From Octopus sinensis (lineage: Eukaryota), in the NCBI RefSeq assembly GCF_006345805.1, contig NC_043008.1, positions 23,870,001 to 23,934,000 on the forward strand: a stretch of DNA of 64,000 bases. Direction: 5' to 3'. A model generated the notes under the pieces. It saw only the letters and a program-made list of their open reading frames with translations. It was not told the DNA's origin and did no database searches. Both the position numbers and the translations under genes were made by a program. Shown one piece after another: positions 57,348 to 64,000 of the stretch (within the stretch, counting starts at the first letter, position 1; each line of letters begins with the position of its first letter).

Positions 57348-57426
57348 ATGTTGGCTGATGAAAATAAATCAAGTATATGTGTGCAGGCATATCTTGAAAA
57401 ATCTGAAACCGGTCCCGGTCCCACAT
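57348..57426 (+). ncRNA. Type I hammerhead ribozyme (one helix II mismatch)
   Basis: Mirror of 57029-57107, with AAAU in place of AGAU at the base of helix II. Confidence 0.85.
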
Positions 57427-57605
57427 TATCCCTTTCTAGGTATTTCATCTTTCAGATGTTCTCCCTGGAGGTAAGACAATTTTTTTCTAGTTTGTTGCAC
57501 TCACGCATTTTTGTTAGTACATACGCGCGTATTATTACGTTCGCTATTTTCCAGTAAATATCGGTACTTCGTTGTGCCATATATTTACTTCTATGTATAT
57601 ATATA

Positions 57606-57732
<127 letters not shown>

Positions 57733-60700
57733 ATATTTCATTTTCCGCAGACATGAAAAGAAGATTGGTTATTCTAGGTGTCGATTCTAGTTGGAATATA
57801 TTCAGGGACCCACCTTTATCTGTCCTAAAAGTGAGGCAGAATATAAAGCTATTCATAAAACTATTCAATATGAAAGTGACTTCACTAAATCTGGTAGTCC
57901 AATTTGCATAGTTAATGCTCTCACTGTATATGTGGTCAAATATATAACTATTGATGTGCAAGGCATCAAGTGTCCGATACGTCGAAATTTTTATAATAAA
58001 AGCAATTTTTCAACCAATGCTGAAATATGTAACTGAATATATGTGGACTGATATAAACAAATATCTCATTTTTATTTTCACCTGCACAGAAAAGAGAGAT
58101 TGGCTTGATCGTATTACAGGTCTAATCAAGATCTCTTGCATTGCATATTTCTAGATCTACTTGTGGGGTGATACAGCTCATTGCTATATAAAGACACTAA
58201 ATAACGTGGTTTCACTAAATAAATTTGCCCTGATTGGAGATTTTGCAAGCTACATAACCAACTACTTTGTTAATATATTAAACTGGGCGTGCTTGATGCT
58301 GCATTAAATTATATATTTTGATAAGCAGTACAGAGCTTTGGCTAAAAATTTGAATCGCTTATAAAAGTTTACATTTTAAAGTAGGAAACACGCAATTTAG
58401 TGTAGTATAATATATAGTACATATAAATAGCTATAAGAATCGTTAGCATCCGATAAAGATCGAAAATATGTCTGATATTATCTCAGCTTTTGTCAATAGG
58501 TTATGGAGCGTTATTAGTAATCAATTTTACAAGTAAAGGTTGGCTAAAACTTTATACTACTTGTAAAATGCATTACGTAAAATACATTTCAAAATACATA
58601 CACACTGACTCACACAACACAGATACGCATGTGTGCACGCACGTACACACATACGCACTTGTATGTATACGTGTGCCTGCGTGTCTTGCACTGTCTGTAT
58701 ATGTTTGTGTGTGCATGTGCATGTATATATGTATCTAATTAATTTTATTTAACTCTCTTTTACTAGATATCTTTCTCTTTTCCTCCCTCTATCCACACAC
58801 ACACACACACACATACTTGTAGATATTCGTTTGAATTTTTAGTTCTTTATATTGGCAAGTCGTCAATTATGTTTCTTCCTTTCTGTTTGTTTTCCATCCT
58901 GTATTAAATTTTCTTTCCTTAGCTTGTTTTCTTTTTACGTTGTGTTTTCCCTTGTATATATCTGTCTATTTAACTCTTATTCTGAAGGTTAATATATTGA
59001 CAAGTAGATTGTTAGTAGATCGATATGTTTGCAATAAATTAGTATTCGTTGAAAGTCGAAGATAATTATGTTCTGCAGCAAATTATTCTTCAAATATTGT
59101 TTCATCGACAACATAAATAATATTTATAATAAAGATTTTAAGAGCACCAGTTCTGAAAAGAGAGTATTGTTAAAGCGACTCCAAAATTATAAATTCCTAG
59201 AAAATCCGAAGCAAAATCGACATCAGTAGTGTTTGAATTTAAATATAACATTACGTAAATATTTGGATTTAAATATAATAGTACGTAAATATTTTCAGAT
59301 ATCATCCGTCATCGGTTCTGTAAATTTATCCTGAGTAGAATCTACTGTTGAGTTTTGAAAAGTCCCATATCTTTTGCGCTGCTATCAGCTGATGATTGAC
59401 GGGCTTATTGTGGGCTATCAGACATCTATGATCGCGAAGTGACTCACTGAATCACAAAACTGGGCATACTAGTATCTTCTATATATATCATTCAAAGGAG
59501 AAGCTAACAAATCTCCTCATCTGGTATGGCCATTCACTTCTGATAATTTCTATCTCAAGCACTCATTACTTCCAGTATTTTCGTAGACATTTCACACCAC
59601 TTCATTATTTAAGTCAACCCGTCATGTTAACATAAGGTATGCATTGCAATCGATTTCCATACGCCCATGTCAGTCCTTCAATCGCAGAGTTCCCGACATG
59701 TCACACCTCTGCTATCCAAACACATTGACAGATTAATATCTCAGTTATCTTACAGTAAGTGAGGATTAATGCAAACAGCTCAAGAATTATATTCAGTTTA
59801 TCAGTAGCGGTCAAATGCGGTTGGAATGTCTTTTCTGTAAGATTTTTGGTATCTGTTCCCTCCTTCTTAACCTATCCGTCCTGTTTCTTTATTCATACCT
59901 CCAGATATCAATGGTGACTGTTCAGATAAGTAGTATTGTGTACGTTAACAAAGAATCAATCTTTTGGCTGAACGAAGGTCTACGTTCCCACAGCCAATGT
60001 TAACGAAAAATCCAATTTCGTATTTCTTATATATCATATAAAATGTTTTTTGTATGTTAGCATGTACAGAGAGAGAGAGATACGCAGAGATACCCAAACT
60101 CGCACATAACTAAATACATATATACTTATACACATACTCACCTCTGCATACGTACCCGTACCTTCTCTAATTTTGCCGCATCTCTACTTTTACTTTTTTC
60201 CTTTTTTCTTTCTTTTCTGATTTACCCGTACACCTCTTTAACTTGCTAATTATTCACTTATAATTTATTTACAATGGTTTATAACCGCCACACCACCCTA
60301 TCTGAGACAGACACTTAGAATATGTAGGTTCCTTTTGCGTGTGTGCAGGAATGAATCTTCGGACGCATAGGTGTGGAGACCTGTATATTTCGGGAGTTAT
60401 ACGTACCCCTGCGTAGAAGTATATACCTGCGCAGGCGCATACACATTAGTGCACGTGCGAGCATAGGCATATATATATGTATATGTGTATATATATGTGC
60501 GTGTATGTATTATATATATATGCATTTGTATGTGTTGGTCTATGGAAGTGTACGCGTATGTATATATACATGTCTGTGGGTGTATCTACGGGTGCGGGTG
60601 TATATATATTTTTACTTAGTTTCTTTTGGGGGTGTGTGTGTGAGTGTACATGTATATATGCATATATGCATATATGTGTATATGCATAGAGATTTGCTTC

Positions 60701-61957
60701 CTTATGTATGTGTGAATGTACGTGTGTGTGTATATGTACGTATGTGCGTGAGTTCTCGTGCCCAGCTGCATGCACTTTTTTCCATGTATGTATATGCGTA
60801 CCCATGTGCTTTTCTGTATGTATGTGTATATTGAGATATATATGTATGTGCGCATATACGTATATGTGTGTAGATGTGCGGGATCGGTATATGTATGTGT
60901 GTATGCATTTATATGTATACGGGCACGCGTGAAGAGGTGTGTATGTGTATAAGTATATATGTATTTAGTTATGTGCGGGTTTGGGTATCTGTGCGTAGCG
61001 GTATGTATGTATATGTGTATCCCTGTCGGTACTTTCACACAGGTGTACGTATGTATATATGTGTGCGTGTGTATGTATATGCATGCATGTATGTGTGTAT
61101 ATGTTGACATTTTTTTATGAAAAAGCAGATAAACTATTTAGCCACACACCAGCTTGGAGCAGACAACTTATATTGACCATCCGCTTACTCCCCAGATAAT
61201 TAAGTCTTAATTTATGACACCCACCAATACATCCCAAAGCTTCAATAACCGGCATATATTGTTCTCTGTACCTTACTTTATCTTTATGTCCACCTTTTTA
61301 TTTCTTTACCCCTTTATATTTCTTTATCCCTTTATATTTTATTTTTATTTTTATTGTTATTTTTCGTCTTTATTTTTTGGCTTCTTTATCTTTATTTATA
61401 TTTCCATGTTTTTTCACGTCTACACTGTCACAGTATAGCTCTAGAAATTTAGACTAAACATACGACACCCTTTGTATATTTATATACTTATATACTTTTT
61501 TGATATTTAAAAAACAATTTACTCTTTTATTACATTTTGCACCTGCTACTTTCCCTCTTTGTGATCCCAAACTCATTAAAGATTCACCTCCTCCAATTCC
61601 TTCCCTCATTATCTCAACATCCAACCTCCTCATTCTATATCGAGTGAAAAACGGTATGGACGCTTTGTTTTGGTTTTGGTATCTCGCTCAGCTGTATACG
61701 ACTATGAGGATTTGCATCTCCAACGAAACTCGTCTTTTTCCCAAACTTATAATGTAATACATGCCTTTGGTGTGGTATTTGTCAGCGGCTGAGGAAGGCT
61801 ATTGACATACATATTACATCAATTATGCATTGATATAAACTGTCTAATAAAGCCAGAAACATATGTACCGCTAAATACTTTGCATCCTGTTTTTCTTTTG
61901 ATAAATATATATATATATTTATATATATATGTACATACATATATATATACACATTCT

Positions 61958-62699
61958 TTCTCTCTTGCCTGTTTGTGTTTGCCTTTCAAGTGCTGTGGTT
62001 TTACTGAGATCTCCCTTTTAGTAGAAAGAATAGCTATAACTCTTTGACTGCTATTTCTAAATTCGGTGTGTGGTGAGGCAAATCGTTGCTAAACCCTTAA
62101 TTACTTAGTATTACTTAAACTTTCCTCGAACGAGGCTTTTACATGCCGAAATCTACTTGGTGAAATTAATTGATTATTCCAAATTAATTAGTTTTACCCT
62201 ATTTTATTACTGATAACCATATTTCATCCCAGTAAATGACCGCAACATCTTGTCTTGGCTACACGCGGGTGGGAAGGGGTTGCTGACACGAACTTTCATT
62301 CACACTTTGAATTTAGTGATACTGGTAACGGTTTTTAGCTCGCTCTGATACTGAGTTGAGATGATGCCTTCTAGTATCTCGAAATTTAATATACAATTAT
62401 TCATAATTGTAGTGTCCTACGCTGTTGAGAGAAGAAGTTGGGTAAGACATAATTATCTAATTCTTATGCTTTCCTAAAACTTAATCTCGAAACGTACGTC
62501 CGTAGGTGACTTAAAATTGTATGATAGTTTGCTGTCATTTCGTTCTCTCTTGCCTGTTTGTGTTTGCCTTTCAAGTGCTGTGGTTTTACTGAGATCTCCC
62601 TTTTAGTAGAAAGAATAGCTATAACTCTTTGACTGCTATTTCTAAATTCGGTGTGTGGTGAGGCAAATCGTTGCTAAACCCTTAATTACTTAGTATTAC
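61958..62699 (+). mobile_element. Non-coding HHR-bearing unit: 585 bp period plus 157 bp terminal direct repeat
   Basis: 61958-62114 is identical to 62543-62699; TA-rich flanks; HHR at 62416-62506. Confidence 0.88.
62416..62506 (+). ncRNA. Type I hammerhead ribozyme with variant core CUGUUGA
   Basis: CCUACG-CUGUUGA-GAGA-(52 nt structured arm)-UCUC-GAAA-CGUACG-UC^CGUAGG. Helix I is 6 bp and helix III is the palindrome ACGUACGU. Confidence 0.85.
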
Positions 62700-62962
62700 A
62701 TACATATATATATATACTTACATAAATATATATATGTATCAACATATACATATATCTACATGAATATATATATATACACATAGGTATACATATGTGTATA
62801 TGTATATATATATACATATATACATATATGCATAAAAGTCTTTTTATATATACATCTATATGTATGCATATATAAAATAGATATATATGTATATATATAT
62901 ATATATATATACACATATATATGTATATAGATAGATAGCTTGACAGATAGATAGATATAGTC

Positions 62963-63160
62963 TTTTTTTATTTGTTTCAGTCATTTGACTGTGGTCATGC
63001 AGGAGCACCGCCTGTAGTAGAGCAAATCGACCCTAGGACTTATTCTTTGGAAGCCCAGTAATTACTCTATCGGTCTCTCTTGCCGAACCGCTAAGTGACT
63101 GGGACGTAAACACACAGCATCGTTTGTCAAGTGATGTTGGGGAGACAAACAGACACACAC

Positions 63161-63217
<57 letters not shown>

Positions 63218-63370
63218 GACGAGCTTCTTTCAGTTTCCGTCTACGAAATCCACTCACAAGGCTTTAGTCGGCCCGGGGCTGTAGTAGAAGACACTTGCCC
63301 AGATACCACGCAGTGGGACTGAACCGGGAACCATGTGGTTAGTAGGCAAGCTACTTACCACACAGCCACT
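62963..63370 (-). mobile_element. SINE family A, full length
   Basis: Reverse complement of the bipartite SINE. Confidence 0.88.
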
Positions 63371-63383
63371 TTGGTAATATATA

Positions 63384-63429
<46 letters not shown>

Positions 63430-63698
63430 TGTGTATGTGTATATGCATCTGTGTATACTTACGTGTGTGTCTATCTATGCATACATAAATGATAGGTTAT
63501 GTGTGTATATATAAGCATAAATAAATATGTACACACATGAACGTGTGTATTGTGGTAATAAATCGACTATAGAACGGAATATTCATAGCTTTAAATTTAT
63601 GAATTTACAAAATTTGTTTTGGATTATTTACTTGTTTCTGATTAAGCTCGTTCTTATAAAGCGTTTTCGTATATGTTTTCATTTGATATTTTTCGTCA

Positions 63699-63961
63699 AC
63701 TATTTAAGCAAATATGTCCGTCTGATGAAGCATCATTACATATTTAAATGGATTTGATTATTCTTGAAAAACAGCGTTTTGTTAACGAAGCGGAAACTTG
63801 TTTGTATAAAATTCAATTTAAATATTTTATACAAACAAATGACATATCTCATAAATTACAGCTGCTTCCGCTTCATTAATAAAACGCTGGTTTTCAAGAA
63901 TAATCAAATCCTTTAATTATGTAATGATGCTTCATCAGACAGACATAGTTGCTTAAATAGT
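63699..63961. repeat. ~97 bp imperfect inverted repeat with a nested central hairpin
   Basis: Arms 63699-63795 and 63866-63961; inner hairpin ttgtttgtataaaat..attttatacaaacaa at 63798-63838. Confidence 0.85.
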
Positions 63962-64000
63962 CAAATGACCGAAGCAAGTAACAGAATATATATATATATA

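Larger units (their letters stand above)
56781..57599. mobile_element. Fold-back HHR element: inverted partial copy (56781-57117, minus) joined to a 413 bp unit with a 69 bp terminal direct repeat (57118-57599, plus)
   Basis: 57118-57186 matches 57531-57599 with 1 mismatch; 56781-56905 is the reverse complement of 57118-57241; 56930-57117 is the reverse complement of ~57338-57530; (TA)n on both sides. Confidence 0.9.

Noticed and set aside
61690-61745. ctatga-gga..tcc..gaaac-tc-gtc HHR-like string
   Set aside because: The core lacks G5 and helix I does not pair; too decayed to call.

Overview
Eukaryotic, AT-rich, repeat-dominated DNA with no recognisable host gene, rRNA, tRNA gene or CRISPR array. 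The SINE families and microsatellite content fit a cephalopod, most likely Octopus (inference). Positions 1-18 kb are a co-oriented pile of R4/Dong-clade non-LTR retrotransposons (RT + CCHC finger + restriction-like endonuclease) sitting in (AAT)n tracts, mixed with tRNA-derived SINEs and an RTE remnant. Positions 19-64 kb hold Penelope-like element (PLE) remnants, piggyBac, mariner, MULE, Chapaev-like, Tx1/L1-like and RTE fragments among (TA)n/(TG)n tracts. The main hidden signal is a set of at least 12 type I hammerhead ribozyme (HHR) motifs, folded by eye, from several unrelated families. Three lie in ORF-less 397, 413 and 585 bp units that have terminal direct repeats (68, 69, 157 bp) and (TA)n flanks, with the 3' end 174-199 nt past the cleavage site. 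Others form fold-back inverted pairs. Several have unusually long helix II arms, and two unrelated families carry an A6-to-U core variant. This looks like a retrozyme-like or non-autonomous PLE system of self-cleaving, possibly circular RNAs. All folds are manual, ribozyme activity is untested, and many element boundaries are approximate.
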